A stretch of 64,000 bases of DNA from Candidatus Omnitrophota bacterium. Its GTDB lineage: Bacteria; Omnitrophota; Gorgyraeia; JAGLLT01. The notes under the pieces are model-generated. The model had not been told where the DNA came from and did not search any database. It worked only from the letters and a program-made list of their open reading frames with translations. Shown here in pieces: positions 28,445-38,700 of the stretch (positions are counted from its first letter, which is position 1; each line of letters begins with the position of its first letter). Location of the stretch: contig JAGLLT010000021.1 of assembly GCA_023140385.1 (NCBI GenBank), positions 1,068 through 65,067 of the forward strand, given 5' to 3'. Both the position numbers and the translations under genes were made by a program.

Positions 28445-28518
28445 GTTTATTCTTGGAGCGGACGAGGGGAATCGAACCCCCATATAGAGCTTGGGAAGCT
28501 CTCATTCTACCATTGAAT
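28445..28518 (-). tRNA. tRNA-Gly (anticodon CCC)
   Basis: RC gives GCGGACG acceptor, anticodon loop TTCCCAA, T-loop TTCGATT, CCA end. Confidence 0.85.
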
Positions 28519-28559
28519 CACGTCCGCGTGGTTTAGAAACCGCTAAATTATCCTACATG

Positions 28560-29459
28560 TTAAAAGCTAATGAGTTCTTTGAATTCACGAAACCTTTTAT
28601 TAATTTCCGCCTGTTTTAATTTTTTTAAACGCTCTATAGAAAAAGATTCCACGTTGAATGATGCTAAGATACTACCATAAATAACCGCTTTTTTGAAGTT
28701 AGATTTGGTCAAACTTTTTTTCATTGCCAAATAGCCCATGAAACCGCCCGCGAAGGCGTCGCCCGAACCTGTTGGATCACATACGTTTTCCAGCGGATAG
28801 GCCGCTGAACAGAATTTAAACTGTTTTGTGAATACCAGGGCACCATGCTCACCCTTTTTTATAACGACCATTTTGGGCCCCATCGTAAGCATTTTATTTC
28901 CCGCTTTAATAAGATTTGACCGGCCGGTTAACTGTTTAGCCTCTGAGTCGTTAACAATAAAGATTTCGATAACCTTTAAAACTTTCATAAGGCTTGCTCT
29001 TTTATTTTCTATCCAGAGATTCATCGAGTCGCAGGCGGTTAGCCTTGGCTTTGAAATTTGCTTAAGAACTTTTAGCTGAAGGTCGGGGTCTATGTTGGCC
29101 AGAAATACATAGCCGCTCTTTTTGTATTGCTCGGGCAGAATGGGATTAAAGTTTTCAAAAACATTTAGGTGGGTAAATATAGTTTCGCGGTTGTTAAAAT
29201 CAGCTGAATATCTGCCTTTCCATCTGAAGGTTTTGCCTTCGGCAATTTCCAGGCCGTTTAGATTGATTTTTTTTCTCTTTAAAAAGTCAATGTCTTTTTT
29301 GCAGAAGTCTTTTCCGACTACAGCGACCAGGTTTACCGGACAAAAAAAGCCCGCGGCAAGTGAGAAAAAAAGCGCGGAGCCTCCCAGAACGTTGCTCCTT
29401 TTTCCAAAAGGTGTTTCTACCGAATCATAAGCTACGGAACCTACGACAAGTAAACTCAT
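28560..29459 (-). CDS. PfkB family carbohydrate/nucleoside kinase
   Basis: DPTGSGDAFAGGFMGYL signature. Confidence 0.75.
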   Translation of the reverse strand: MSLLVVGSVAYDSVETPFGKRSNVLGGSALFFSLAAGFFCPVNLVAVVGKDFCKKDIDFLKRKKINLNGLEIAEGKTFRWKGRYSADFNNRETIFTHLNVFENFNPILPEQYKKSGYVFLANIDPDLQLKVLKQISKPRLTACDSMNLWIENKRASLMKVLKVIEIFIVNDSEAKQLTGRSNLIKAGNKMLTMGPKMVVIKKGEHGALVFTKQFKFCSAAYPLENVCDPTGSGDAFAGGFMGYLAMKKSLTKSNFKKAVIYGSILASFNVESFSIERLKKLKQAEINKRFREFKELISF

Positions 29460-30742
29460 TTTTTTAATACCTCATCCATTGTTTTTATAGCGCAAAATTC
29501 AGAACACATTGAGCAAACGTCCTCTTTTTTTGACTTTAGCGAGGCGTATATCATTTCAGGCCTTTCTTTTTCAATCGCCAGGGATATCTGTTTTTTAAAA
29601 TTTCTCTTTTTTCTTGCTTTGGCTATGGCTTTGTCGTTCTTGAGAGCTTTGGGTATTCCTTTCGCGATGTCCCCGGCGTGAGCCGCTACGCGCGAGGCAA
29701 TTAAGCCTATTTTAACGTCTTCTTTTGTTGGCAGCCCTAAATGTTCTGCCGGCGTCAAGTAGCAAATAAAATCGGCGCCATAGCTGGCCGCTACCGCTGA
29801 ACCTATGCAGGCGGCGAAATGATCATAGCCTAATGCCGAATCAGTTACCAGCGGCCCCAGCACATAGAAAGGAGCTTCGTTGCAAAGTTTCTTTTGGAGT
29901 TCCATATTCATTTTTATTTCATTTAAAGGGACGTGCCCCGGCCCTTCTATCATTGCCTGGACACCTTTGCTATTTGCTCTTTTAGCGAGTTCGCCCAGTA
30001 TAATCAACTCCTGTATTTGAGCCCTGTCGGTGGCGTCATCTATGCAGCCCGGCCTTAAACCGTCTCCCAGGGAAATGGTTACGTCATTTTTGCGAAGAAT
30101 TTTAAGCACGTCATCAAAGTGTTCGTAGAGAGGGTTCTCCTTCTCGTTTTTCATCATCCAATTGGCCAGAAAAGCCCCGCCTCGGCTCACGACATTCATT
30201 AATCGCCCCTGATTTTTTAAGCGCGAAAGCCCCTCTCTGGTTAACCCGCAGTGCAAGGTCATAAAATCAACTCCGTCATTGGATTGTTCTTCTATGGTTT
30301 TAAAGATATCCTCGATTTTAATATCCTTGATTTGCTTTCCTTTTCTCATCGTTTCCACCACTGTTTCATAGATGGGAACCGTGCCGACTGAAATAGGGGA
30401 TTTTTCAATTATTGACCTTCTGATGTGCCTTAAGTTTCCCCCGATACTCAGATCCATTAGGGCGTCAGCCTTATACCTTAAGCAGATTTTTAACTTTTCC
30501 AGTTCGGTTTTTAAACACACAAAATCCGGCGATGTTCCCAGATTGACGTTGACCTTTGTGCTCAACCCCTTACCTATGGCGCAGGGTTGAGCCGGGCTAT
30601 GTATTGGGTTTGAACATATTACAGCTTTTCCTTGAGCAATCCTGCCGGTTAAGGTATCCGGGGAGACACCCTCTTTTTTAGCTATCTTTTGTATTAGGGT
30701 AACTTTCGTTTTTTTTCTGATTTTTTCAAGTAAAGTTAGCAT
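29456..30742 (-). CDS. thiC: phosphomethylpyrimidine synthase
   Basis: Conserved ThiC core and C-terminal CSMCSEFC cluster motif. Confidence 0.9.
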   Translation of the reverse strand: MLTLLEKIRKKTKVTLIQKIAKKEGVSPDTLTGRIAQGKAVICSNPIHSPAQPCAIGKGLSTKVNVNLGTSPDFVCLKTELEKLKICLRYKADALMDLSIGGNLRHIRRSIIEKSPISVGTVPIYETVVETMRKGKQIKDIKIEDIFKTIEEQSNDGVDFMTLHCGLTREGLSRLKNQGRLMNVVSRGGAFLANWMMKNEKENPLYEHFDDVLKILRKNDVTISLGDGLRPGCIDDATDRAQIQELIILGELAKRANSKGVQAMIEGPGHVPLNEIKMNMELQKKLCNEAPFYVLGPLVTDSALGYDHFAACIGSAVAASYGADFICYLTPAEHLGLPTKEDVKIGLIASRVAAHAGDIAKGIPKALKNDKAIAKARKKRNFKKQISLAIEKERPEMIYASLKSKKEDVCSMCSEFCAIKTMDEVLKK

Positions 30743-31359
30743 TGACTATCCAGTTTTTCTATTAGTTTATTTGTTTGGCCCGCGGGATCGGCGCTCTCAA
30801 TAATAAATGAAAAGACCGCAATTCTTTTGGCTTTGATAGCGCTGAGCCTGGAAATGTTTTGCGGATTTATGCCGCCTATTACAAAATATGGCACCGGTGT
30901 CATATTTATAATTTCTTCGATAATTTTTAAACCGACCGGTTTTAAGCGCGGTTTGGTCGCGGTCAAAAAGGCCGGGCCGATTCCTATATAGTCCGCGCCT
31001 TCTTTAAAGGCATCTTTAGCCTCTTTTATATTATGTGTCGACTTTCCGATTATATATTTTTTTCCTAAAAGCCTGCGTGTTTCCCCTATGCTTAGGTCAT
31101 TTTGCCCCAGATGCACCCCGTCAGCGCCGCTCAAAAAAGCTATATCAGGCCGGTCATTGATGATTAACAGTTTATCATACTGTTGCACTATCTTTTTTAG
31201 TTCCAGCGCTTTGTTCAAAAAAAAGCTGTCACTTTCTTTCTTCATTCTCAGCTGAACGAGGTCCGCGCCGTATTTTAAACATTTACGAACGGCCCTTATA
31301 TCCTTGCCGATGATTAGATAAAGACGAGATTTTTTTAAAAGTTTTCTTTTCGAGATCAT
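30736..31359 (-). CDS. thiE: thiamine-phosphate synthase
   Basis: LYLIIGKD..., HLGQND..., IGIGPAF...T motifs; start uncertain because of overlap with the upstream ORF. Confidence 0.75.
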   Translation of the reverse strand: MISKRKLLKKSRLYLIIGKDIRAVRKCLKYGADLVQLRMKKESDSFFLNKALELKKIVQQYDKLLIINDRPDIAFLSGADGVHLGQNDLSIGETRRLLGKKYIIGKSTHNIKEAKDAFKEGADYIGIGPAFLTATKPRLKPVGLKIIEEIINMTPVPYFVIGGINPQNISRLSAIKAKRIAVFSFIIESADPAGQTNKLIEKLDSQC

Positions 31360-31735
31360 ATATTTTGTATCTGATTGATTTAAAACCAATTGATTTTTTC
31401 TTATTAATTAACTTGGAAAATTCTTCCAGGACACGCAGTGACTCTTTGGCTCTTTGTAGATTAGCAAAAAATATTTCAGTTACGTTTCTTTTATTAAGTT
31501 CGGATAGACTGCTTTTTTTGCCAACGTCTTTGCCGGTTGAGCGGGAGCCAAGCAGTTTTTCTTGTTTTACATCCAATTCATCGAGGGCTGAGGTAATGCT
31601 GTGCCTGAGATCTTTAAAACTTTTGGTAAGCTGTTTGTCGTTTAAAATAAACCTTGCTATGTCTTCTGAAACTCGCAGTCCCTCTTTGGCCCTATTATAA
31701 TTGGCGTCAATTGTCCGATATATTTCTTTATCCAC
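31283..31735 (-). CDS. ThiE-associated N-terminal-domain-like protein (apparently split from thiE by a frameshift)
   Basis: TIDANYNRAKEGLRVSEDIARF-type motif; ORF tail overlaps the thiE 5' end by ~100 nt in another frame. Confidence 0.4.
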   Translation of the reverse strand: MDKEIYRTIDANYNRAKEGLRVSEDIARFILNDKQLTKSFKDLRHSITSALDELDVKQEKLLGSRSTGKDVGKKSSLSELNKRNVTEIFFANLQRAKESLRVLEEFSKLINKKKSIGFKSIRYKIYDLEKKTFKKISSLSNHRQGYKGRS

Positions 31736-31739
31736 TGTT

Positions 31740-32240
31740 TTAAAGTGTATCTTTCTTTATGGATTTGATAATGCCGCTTGTGGAATATCCCTTTAAAAAT
31801 GAAATAACTGCCGTTTTGCCGCCGTACGACTTTACAAAATCCGAGCCTACAATGTCAGTTTTCTTCCAATCCGACCCCTTTATGATGACGTCAGGCTTAA
31901 GCAGCTTAATGACTTTTAAGGGCGTTTTTTCTTTAAAGGGGACCGCATAGTCAGTGGATTCGAGCGCGGCTATTACCGCCAGGCGGCCCTTTAGCGGCGT
32001 TATTGGCCGCTTATTTCCTTTTATGCGTTTAACCGAGCTGTCTGTGTTAAGCGCTACTACTAAAATGTGACATTTTTTTTTGGCCGCCTCAAGATATTTA
32101 ACGTGCCCGGCGTGAATTATGTCAAAACAGCCGTTGGTGAATCCTATAGTCTTATTTCTTTTTCGCAGTTTTCTTATAATAAGCTCCAACTGCTTTAGGT
32201 TCTTAATTTTCGCGTTTATCATTTTACATATTGTTTTCAA
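31740..32240 (-). CDS. D-glycero-beta-D-manno-heptose 1-phosphate adenylyltransferase (RfaE domain II / cytidylyltransferase-like)
   Basis: GFTNGCFDIIHAGHVKYLEAAK nucleotidyltransferase motif. Confidence 0.75.
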   Translation of the reverse strand: MKTICKMINAKIKNLKQLELIIRKLRKRNKTIGFTNGCFDIIHAGHVKYLEAAKKKCHILVVALNTDSSVKRIKGNKRPITPLKGRLAVIAALESTDYAVPFKEKTPLKVIKLLKPDVIIKGSDWKKTDIVGSDFVKSYGGKTAVISFLKGYSTSGIIKSIKKDTL

Positions 32241-32817
32241 TTATATCGCAAAAGATATGAATACAGCAAATGTGAGCTTCCTGAATGACAGGAGCGCTTT
32301 GAGATGGAACCCTTAGGGATAGCCGGCAGATACTGCTTAGCGGTGACTCATCTTTTCCGGTTAGTCCAATGGTAATAAGCCCCAGTTCATTAGCCTTTTT
32401 GACCGCCTTAATAACGTTTGCCGAATTGCCGCTGGTAGAGATGCCCAGAGCGATGTCGCCTTTTTGCCCCAGAGCTTCTATTTGCCGCGAGAAGATTTCC
32501 GAGTAGTCGTAATCATTGGCAACCGCGGTCAGGATTGAACTGTTTGTCGTAAGCGCCATCGCGGGAACGGCCCCTCTTTCCTTTTTAAATCTGCCGATAA
32601 GTTCAGCGGCCATATGCTGACTGTCGGCCGCGCTGCCGCCATTTCCGAAAATAATAATCTTTTTTCCGTTTTTTACGGCGGAGACCATTGCCTTTGCTAT
32701 CTTCTCAATGGTGCCTACAGACTTATCAAGAAGCTCTTTCTTGGCGTCTATACTGTTTTGAAGCAGGTTCTCTATTTTTTCTTTCATTTTTAAATCACCC
32801 AAAGAACTCTTCGGCAA
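32224..32817 (-). CDS. gmhA: phosphoheptose isomerase (SIS domain)
   Basis: IIFGNGGSAADSQHMAAEL. Confidence 0.85.
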   Translation of the reverse strand: MPKSSLGDLKMKEKIENLLQNSIDAKKELLDKSVGTIEKIAKAMVSAVKNGKKIIIFGNGGSAADSQHMAAELIGRFKKERGAVPAMALTTNSSILTAVANDYDYSEIFSRQIEALGQKGDIALGISTSGNSANVIKAVKKANELGLITIGLTGKDESPLSSICRLSLRVPSQSAPVIQEAHICCIHIFCDIIENNM

Positions 32818-33826
32818 TCGCGTAATACTCTTTGGTTACCGTCCGTAGTTTGCCTAGTATTTTTTCAATTTTTACAGCTCCTATTTTATTGCCCTGAAGA
32901 CTGACCATATATCCTGATTTACCCTGCATAATCAACTCCACGGCCTTAACGCCGAATTTAGTACCCAGTATTCTGTCATAAGCTGACGGCGAACCTCCCC
33001 GCAATAAATGCCCTAAAACAGTTACTCTTGTTTCAAAGCCGGTTTTTTCCTCAATCATAGCGGCTAATCGCTGGCCTATTCCTCCAAGCTTCACGTGGCC
33101 GAAGGCATCCAGCTCCTCGCTCTGAAGGATTGTTTTACCGGAAGATAGTTTTGCTCCTTCGGCAACAACAATAATACTAAAGTGCTTTCCTCTCTTTTTT
33201 CTTTTTTTTATGCTGTCGATAAGTTCATCTATCTTAATCGGTATTTCCGGTATCAGGGCATAGTCGCCTCCGCCAGCGATGGCCGCGTCAACCGCTATCC
33301 AGCCCGCGTGCCGTCCCATGACCTCTACAACCATAACCCGGTGGTGTGATTCCGCCGTTGTATGCAGGCGGTCAATGGCTTCTGTGGCTATATTTACGGC
33401 GGTATCAAAGCCGAAAGTAGAGTCAGTTAGCGGTACATCGTTATCAATAGTTTTTGGTATGCCGATAACAGGGAATCCATCCTTAGAGAACTTTGCGGCT
33501 ACACCCAGAGTGTCTTCGCCGCCAATGGCTACCAGAGCGGTTAGCTTTAATTTTTTAAAGTTTTGCTTTGCCTTCTTTAATAGTTCATTATTTTCGTAAG
33601 GGTTAGTGCGGGAGGTGCCTAATATGGTGCCTCCTTTAGGAAGAATACCCGAGGTTGACTTTAGATCGAGTTTCTGGGTAAAGTTTTGCACGAGGCCCTT
33701 CCAACCGTTTTTTATACCGATTACCTCAAAGCCTTCATTAAGCGCCTTTCTTACGACCGCCCTGATAACCGGATTGAGGCCGGGGCAATCACCGCCTCCT
33801 GTTAAAACTCCAATCTTTTTTGCCAT
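32795..33826 (-). CDS. pfkA: 6-phosphofructokinase
   Basis: GVLTGGGDCPGLNPVIRAVV and MGRHAGW motifs. Confidence 0.85.
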   Translation of the reverse strand: MAKKIGVLTGGGDCPGLNPVIRAVVRKALNEGFEVIGIKNGWKGLVQNFTQKLDLKSTSGILPKGGTILGTSRTNPYENNELLKKAKQNFKKLKLTALVAIGGEDTLGVAAKFSKDGFPVIGIPKTIDNDVPLTDSTFGFDTAVNIATEAIDRLHTTAESHHRVMVVEVMGRHAGWIAVDAAIAGGGDYALIPEIPIKIDELIDSIKKRKKRGKHFSIIVVAEGAKLSSGKTILQSEELDAFGHVKLGGIGQRLAAMIEEKTGFETRVTVLGHLLRGGSPSAYDRILGTKFGVKAVELIMQGKSGYMVSLQGNKIGAVKIEKILGKLRTVTKEYYAIAEEFFG

Positions 33827-33879
33827 TTTTTACCTTTCATAGTTTATAAACTGGTAAGTTCTGTAAATACGTATAAGTT

Positions 33880-34479
33880 TTAAGCGCGGCTTTCGTATTG
33901 AAAAGGCGCCTGCGGGGCATCTTCTTTTTTATCCCTGGCCGCCCTTTTTTCTTTATCCAATATTTTTACAATGTGAACTTTAACATTTATCTCTTCTTCA
34001 ATGCCGAGCAGGCTTTGCACCTTTAACTTGATCGTGTTTTGTATTTTTCCCGATACTTCGGGGATAGGAAAGTCCTGAAGTATATATACCTTACATAATA
34101 TCTGAACCCCTTCTTTGTTAACTTTTACGCTGGGCCTCAACTCCTTGATTTCTTTAAAGTCCCTGGCCAATCTTTTGACAAAATCTTCAATAGCTGAAAG
34201 CGCAACCGTTACCTGTCCGCTGGGATTTTCGTATGAAAGAGTTTTTTCTTTTTTAGAACCGCCAAAGGCCAACTGTAAGATGCATAAGGAAACTACAATA
34301 GTGGCAGCGCCGATAAAACCGATAATCATCCTGATATTTGTGTCCGTCGACAGGCTGTTAACCAGTTGATATATATTTTGCGGGGTTATGCTTCCTGTTG
34401 AGTAGGAAATAAGAGCTGTGCCTATGGCCAAAAATATCAACGTGTAAAAAAATATTATAATTCCGTTAAATACTTTCAC
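33880..34479 (-). CDS. membrane-anchored Asp23/Gls24 family protein
   Basis: Two N-terminal TM helices plus an Asp23-like C-terminal region. Confidence 0.5.
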   Translation of the reverse strand: MKVFNGIIIFFYTLIFLAIGTALISYSTGSITPQNIYQLVNSLSTDTNIRMIIGFIGAATIVVSLCILQLAFGGSKKEKTLSYENPSGQVTVALSAIEDFVKRLARDFKEIKELRPSVKVNKEGVQILCKVYILQDFPIPEVSGKIQNTIKLKVQSLLGIEEEINVKVHIVKILDKEKRAARDKKEDAPQAPFQYESRA

Positions 34480-34516
34480 CTTTTTCTTCCCTCCTTTTTT
34501 GACCTTACCCGTTTGT

Positions 34517-35863
34517 TTATGAGGTACCTAAAAATCTTTGAGCAAAATCGGTGTAGTAGTGCCCCTTTATAAACTCAGGAACGTTCAGCACCTTTTTATG
34601 AAAGTCTATCGTATTTTTCGTAGGATGAATTATATACTCGTCAAGGGCTCTTTTCATTATGCTTATGGCTTCCTGCCTTGTTTTTCCGTAAACGATGAGC
34701 TTGGATATAAGCGAGTCATAATAGGGCGGTATGATATAGCCCTGATAAACGGCAGAGTCTAATCGGACGCCCGGCCCTGAGGGGGCGTTATATGTTTCTA
34801 TCTTTCCCGGCGAAGGAATGAAGCCGTTTTCATAATCTTCCGCGTTGATTCTGCACTCGATAGCATGCCCTTTTATTTCTATTTTATCCTGGGAAAGATT
34901 AAGCTTTTTGCCGGCTGATAAGCGAATTTGTTCCTTAATAATATCTATGCCGGTAACCATTTCAGTGACGGGATGCTCAACCTGTACCCTGGTATTCATT
35001 TCCATAAAGTAAAATTTTCCGTCTTCGTCGAGGAGGAATTCAATAGTACCTATGTTATTATAGCCGGCAACCCTGGCGGCCTTTACAGCCATCTCTCCCA
35101 TCCTTTTCCTTAATCTTTTATTCATAGCCGGCGATGGAGCTTCCTCAAGAAGCTTCTGGTGCCGCCTCTGAATGGTGCAGTCCCTTTCCCCCAAGTGGAC
35201 TATGTTTTGATAGTTGTCCGCCATTATCTGAAACTCTATGTGCCTTGGGCGCTCAAAGTATTTCTCAATATAAATGTCTGAGTTCCCGAAGTTAATCTCG
35301 GCTTCTGATTGTGCTGTTATTAAAGCGTTTATTAGCCTGCCGTCGTTGTGGGCAATACGCATACCTTTGCCTCCGCCGCCCGCGGCCGCCTTTAAAATAA
35401 CTGGATATTTAATCCGGGCGGCTATTTTGATGGCATCTTCTTTTTCTTTAATCGCCTGACTGCTGCCCGGCAGGATGGGGATGCCGTGCTTTTTCATCAG
35501 GTTTTTGGCTTTTAGTTTATCTCCCATTTCCCGAATGACGGCCGGCTTAGGGCCGATAAAAGTAATTTGGCAGGACTCGCAGATTTCAGCAAAATGGGCG
35601 TTCTCTGCCAGAAAGCCGTATCCCGGATGAATAGCCTCAACGTCTGTAATTTCAGCGGCGCTTATTATGGCCGGTATGTTAAGGTAACTGTTTTTAGAGT
35701 CACTGGGGCCGATACATATTGCCTCATCTGCCAGGCGCGCCGGAAGTGAGTCAATGTCGGCTTCGGAGTAAACGGCAACCGTTCTGATACCCATATCCTT
35801 ACAGGCCCTGATGACGCGCAGTGCTATTTCTCCTCTATTAGCAATCAATATTTTTGAAAACAT
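34517..35863 (-). CDS. accC: acetyl-CoA carboxylase biotin carboxylase subunit
   Basis: ATP-grasp motifs; [22 protein letters not shown]-terminus. Confidence 0.9.
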   Translation of the reverse strand: MFSKILIANRGEIALRVIRACKDMGIRTVAVYSEADIDSLPARLADEAICIGPSDSKNSYLNIPAIISAAEITDVEAIHPGYGFLAENAHFAEICESCQITFIGPKPAVIREMGDKLKAKNLMKKHGIPILPGSSQAIKEKEDAIKIAARIKYPVILKAAAGGGGKGMRIAHNDGRLINALITAQSEAEINFGNSDIYIEKYFERPRHIEFQIMADNYQNIVHLGERDCTIQRRHQKLLEEAPSPAMNKRLRKRMGEMAVKAARVAGYNNIGTIEFLLDEDGKFYFMEMNTRVQVEHPVTEMVTGIDIIKEQIRLSAGKKLNLSQDKIEIKGHAIECRINAEDYENGFIPSPGKIETYNAPSGPGVRLDSAVYQGYIIPPYYDSLISKLIVYGKTRQEAISIMKRALDEYIIHPTKNTIDFHKKVLNVPEFIKGHYYTDFAQRFLGTS

Positions 35864-35864
35864 T

Positions 35865-36311
35865 TTATTCTGCCGGTTCCAGTAAAAAGATGACTTGCCC
35901 GTATTCTACGCTTCCGCCGCTTTCACCCAGTATTTGAACGATTTTGCCCGCCGTTTCCGACTTTATCTCGTTCATGAGTTTCATCGCTTCAATAATACAC
36001 AAAACATCGTCAGGCTTAACTGTTTGTCCTACCTCTACGAATGGCTGGGCGTCAGGCGCCGGAGAGCGATAGAAGGTGCCGATCATCGGCGCTTTAATCT
36101 CAATTATTTTTTTACCCCCGGCATCCTCACCTGTCTTTTCAGGCGGCTGTTGTTTGTGGCTCTCCTCCGCGGTAGGTTCTTCTATGATCCTTTTAACGGA
36201 TATACCCTCTTTTTTAAGCCTAATTTTTAGGCCGTTTTTTTCAATTTCGATTTCACAAAGCTTATTTTCATTCATTAGCTTGATCATCTCTTCAATTTCT
36301 TTTAAATTCAT
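35865..36311 (-). CDS. accB: biotin carboxyl carrier protein
   Basis: Biotinyl-lysine motif [10 protein letters not shown]. Confidence 0.85.
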   Translation of the reverse strand: MNLKEIEEMIKLMNENKLCEIEIEKNGLKIRLKKEGISVKRIIEEPTAEESHKQQPPEKTGEDAGGKKIIEIKAPMIGTFYRSPAPDAQPFVEVGQTVKPDDVLCIIEAMKLMNEIKSETAGKIVQILGESGGSVEYGQVIFLLEPAE

Positions 36312-36321
36312 AACCTTTACC

Positions 36322-36885
36322 TCACTTGGCTTTTCCGGCGTATTGTTTTGTTCTTGTGTCTATCTTAATCCTGTCACCTTCATTTATGAAGATGGGAACC
36401 TGTATTTTGGCGCCGTTCTCCAGCAGTGCTGTTTTAGTGCTTGTGCTTTTTGCCGTATCACCCCTGGCGCCGGGCTCGGCATGTTTAATCCGAAGTTCAA
36501 TGAAATTAGGCAGATTGAGACTGATGATTTCATTTTCGGCAATAGCTGCCGTTACCTCGGTATTTTCTGTCAGAAAATCAAGTATATCACCGCATACATT
36601 TTTATTGAGCGGCAGTTGTTCATAGTTCTCTTGGTCCATAAAGTAGTAAATTTCGTGGTCGTGATAAAGATAGGTAAGCTTTTTTTCTTCGAGAAAGACA
36701 TTTTCTATTTTTTCATCGGAACGAAAGGTTTTTTCTATTATTCCGTCTGTCTTAAGATTTTTGAGTTTGGTTCTATAATACGCCGGCCCTTTGCCGGGCT
36801 TTACGTGCTGATAGCCGGTTATTGAGAAAAGCTTATTATCTGTTTTGATGACTATTCCTGTTTTAAATTGAGTTGGGGATATCAT
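36322..36885 (-). CDS. efp: elongation factor P
   Basis: 187 aa with [16 protein letters not shown] and three OB-like domains. Confidence 0.9.
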   Translation of the reverse strand: MISPTQFKTGIVIKTDNKLFSITGYQHVKPGKGPAYYRTKLKNLKTDGIIEKTFRSDEKIENVFLEEKKLTYLYHDHEIYYFMDQENYEQLPLNKNVCGDILDFLTENTEVTAAIAENEIISLNLPNFIELRIKHAEPGARGDTAKSTSTKTALLENGAKIQVPIFINEGDRIKIDTRTKQYAGKAK

Positions 36886-37939
36886 TGCTTAAAACCTCGT
36901 AACCATTTTTAGTAACCAGAACTATGTCTTCTACTCTTATGCCAAAACGGCCGGGCAGGTATATTCCCGGCTCTATTGTAAAGACCATCCCGGCCTTTAA
37001 GCATTCGGTGTTATTTAAACTTACAGCCGGCGGCTCATGAACATTTAAGCCTACCCCATGGCCGGCGGCATGGATAAAATATTTTTCCAGCTTAAATTTC
37101 TTAAAGTGGTTTCTTGCCGCAAGGTCTACTTCAGAAATTTTTCTACCGGGGCTCACTTTTTGTATAGCCTCTTGCTGAGCTTTAATGACAATACTTAAAA
37201 TTTTACTAAAGCCTGGTTTCATTTTACTCAAAGTATATACTCTTGTCAAGTCTGAATTGTAACCATAAATCTTTGCGCCTAAATCAATTAGCAGATTTGA
37301 TTTACTGTTTATTTTTTTGCCTGAAGATTGAGCGTGAGCGCAGGCTGTTCTTGCGCCGCTAATTACCATCGTTTCATAACCGCCTTTATCTGCCTCGTGC
37401 CTTAAAATGTAAAAGTCGAGCAAGGCGGCGATTTCTTTTTCCGTGCGGCCGGCTTTTTTCAACCTTTTAAAGTAATTAAAAGCCTTACCCGTAATATGAA
37501 TGGCTTGCCTTATAGCCTTTATCTCGCTTTCGTCTTTTATCGCCATCATAGAATTTAATATATGGCCGGTAGGTATCAGCTGAACCTTATTTAAATCCTT
37601 TCTAAGAAATAAGTACTGATTGACGCTTAGATGCTGCTGCTCTATGCCGGTTCTCTTGAGATTTAGGCCGGAGATTAGCTTTGCGAGGCCTTTTAGGGGT
37701 TTTTTAGAAAACACCGCCTCAAAAGTATATTTATTTATACGCAGTGTCTCTTTGTAGCGGGCATCGGTAAAAAGATAAATTTTTTTTGAAGTTACCAACA
37801 AAAAAGAGTCTTCGGCCGAATATCCGGTCAGATAATAGATTCTCTCTTTTTTACTGATCACAAGCGCCTCAATTCCCTCTTTTTTCATAGATATTTTGAG
37901 GCGGCAGACTCTTTTTTTAAAGTTGAAACTGATTTTCAT
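36863..37939 (-). CDS. pepP: Xaa-Pro aminopeptidase (M24 family)
   Basis: HAAGHGVGLNVHE and M24 pita-bread fold motifs. Confidence 0.8.
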   Translation of the reverse strand: MKISFNFKKRVCRLKISMKKEGIEALVISKKERIYYLTGYSAEDSFLLVTSKKIYLFTDARYKETLRINKYTFEAVFSKKPLKGLAKLISGLNLKRTGIEQQHLSVNQYLFLRKDLNKVQLIPTGHILNSMMAIKDESEIKAIRQAIHITGKAFNYFKRLKKAGRTEKEIAALLDFYILRHEADKGGYETMVISGARTACAHAQSSGKKINSKSNLLIDLGAKIYGYNSDLTRVYTLSKMKPGFSKILSIVIKAQQEAIQKVSPGRKISEVDLAARNHFKKFKLEKYFIHAAGHGVGLNVHEPPAVSLNNTECLKAGMVFTIEPGIYLPGRFGIRVEDIVLVTKNGYEVLSNDIPNSI

Positions 37940-37960
37940 AATTTGGCGGCCTAAGATTGT

Positions 37961-38404
37961 TTATGTTTTGTCTTTAAGAATTTTTGTCATTGCCGTCAGT
38001 CCCAGGATATAACTATGCATGCCAAAACCCGAAATTTGCCCCCGGCTGACAGGAGCAATGAGTGAAGTGTGCCTAAATTCTTCGCGCGCGTAAATATTTG
38101 AAAGGTGAACTTCTATCGCGGGTATACTCGCGGCCGATATGGCATCTCTAATGGCCACACTGGTATGCGTATAGGCCGCGGGATTTATAATTATGCCCTG
38201 AAATTCATTCTTCGCTTTGCCTATTAAGTCAACGATTTCCCCTTCATGATTTGACTGGACAATCTTTAATTTAATATTCAGGCGGCCGGCCTCTTTTTCG
38301 AGTTCGGCGTTGATTTTTTCTATGGTTACCTTTCCGTAAACCTCGGGCTCTCTTTCCCCCAAAAGGTTAAGATTGGGCCCGTGTATTAAAAGTATCTGGT
38401 ACAT
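37961..38404 (-). CDS. aroQ: type II 3-dehydroquinate dehydratase
   Basis: [21 protein letters not shown] and downstream conserved Arg/His. Confidence 0.9.
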   Translation of the reverse strand: MYQILLIHGPNLNLLGEREPEVYGKVTIEKINAELEKEAGRLNIKLKIVQSNHEGEIVDLIGKAKNEFQGIIINPAAYTHTSVAIRDAISAASIPAIEVHLSNIYAREEFRHTSLIAPVSRGQISGFGMHSYILGLTAMTKILKDKT

Positions 38405-38460
38405 CTTCTTCCTCCCTATCTTTACTGTTGTATTGTAAAAAATATCTGAATTTAATCACC

Positions 38461-38700
38461 AATAACCAAGTTATACCCTAATCCTATGCTTCGCTTCTTA
38501 TATCAAGACGTTCGCATTCGCTCACTCTAAGGATTAAGACGCTCACTTTGTTCGCTCTAAGGATTAAGTTTTTTTCACTTAATCCCCGCTCTTACTCAAT
38601 CCTATTTTTTAATCCTTTAACTTAATCCTTAGAGCTCACCAACAATTTGTCGATGGTGAGCGTCTTAATCCTTAATCCTGTTTTTTGCGTCTTGGTTATT
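38461..38700 (+). repeat. intergenic repeat family 2, copy 1 (bounded by 10-bp inverted repeat AATAACCAAG / CTTGGTTATT)
   Basis: ~100-bp core CAAGACGTTCGCATTCGCTCACTCTAAGGATTAAGACGCTCACTTTGTTC..CACTTAATCCCCGC shared with 61897-61998; multiple GGATTAAG/CTTAATCC units. Confidence 0.8.

Noticed and set aside
36076-36825. 249-aa plus-strand ORF (and similar long plus ORFs at 56112-56873, 23101-23487, 267-761 minus, 1058-1471 minus)
   Set aside because: They lie antisense to, or nested in, strongly supported genes (accB/efp, rpe, dnaE, ppdK). Their translations are low-complexity, Ser/Leu/Phe-rich and motif-free, which is typical of shadow ORFs.
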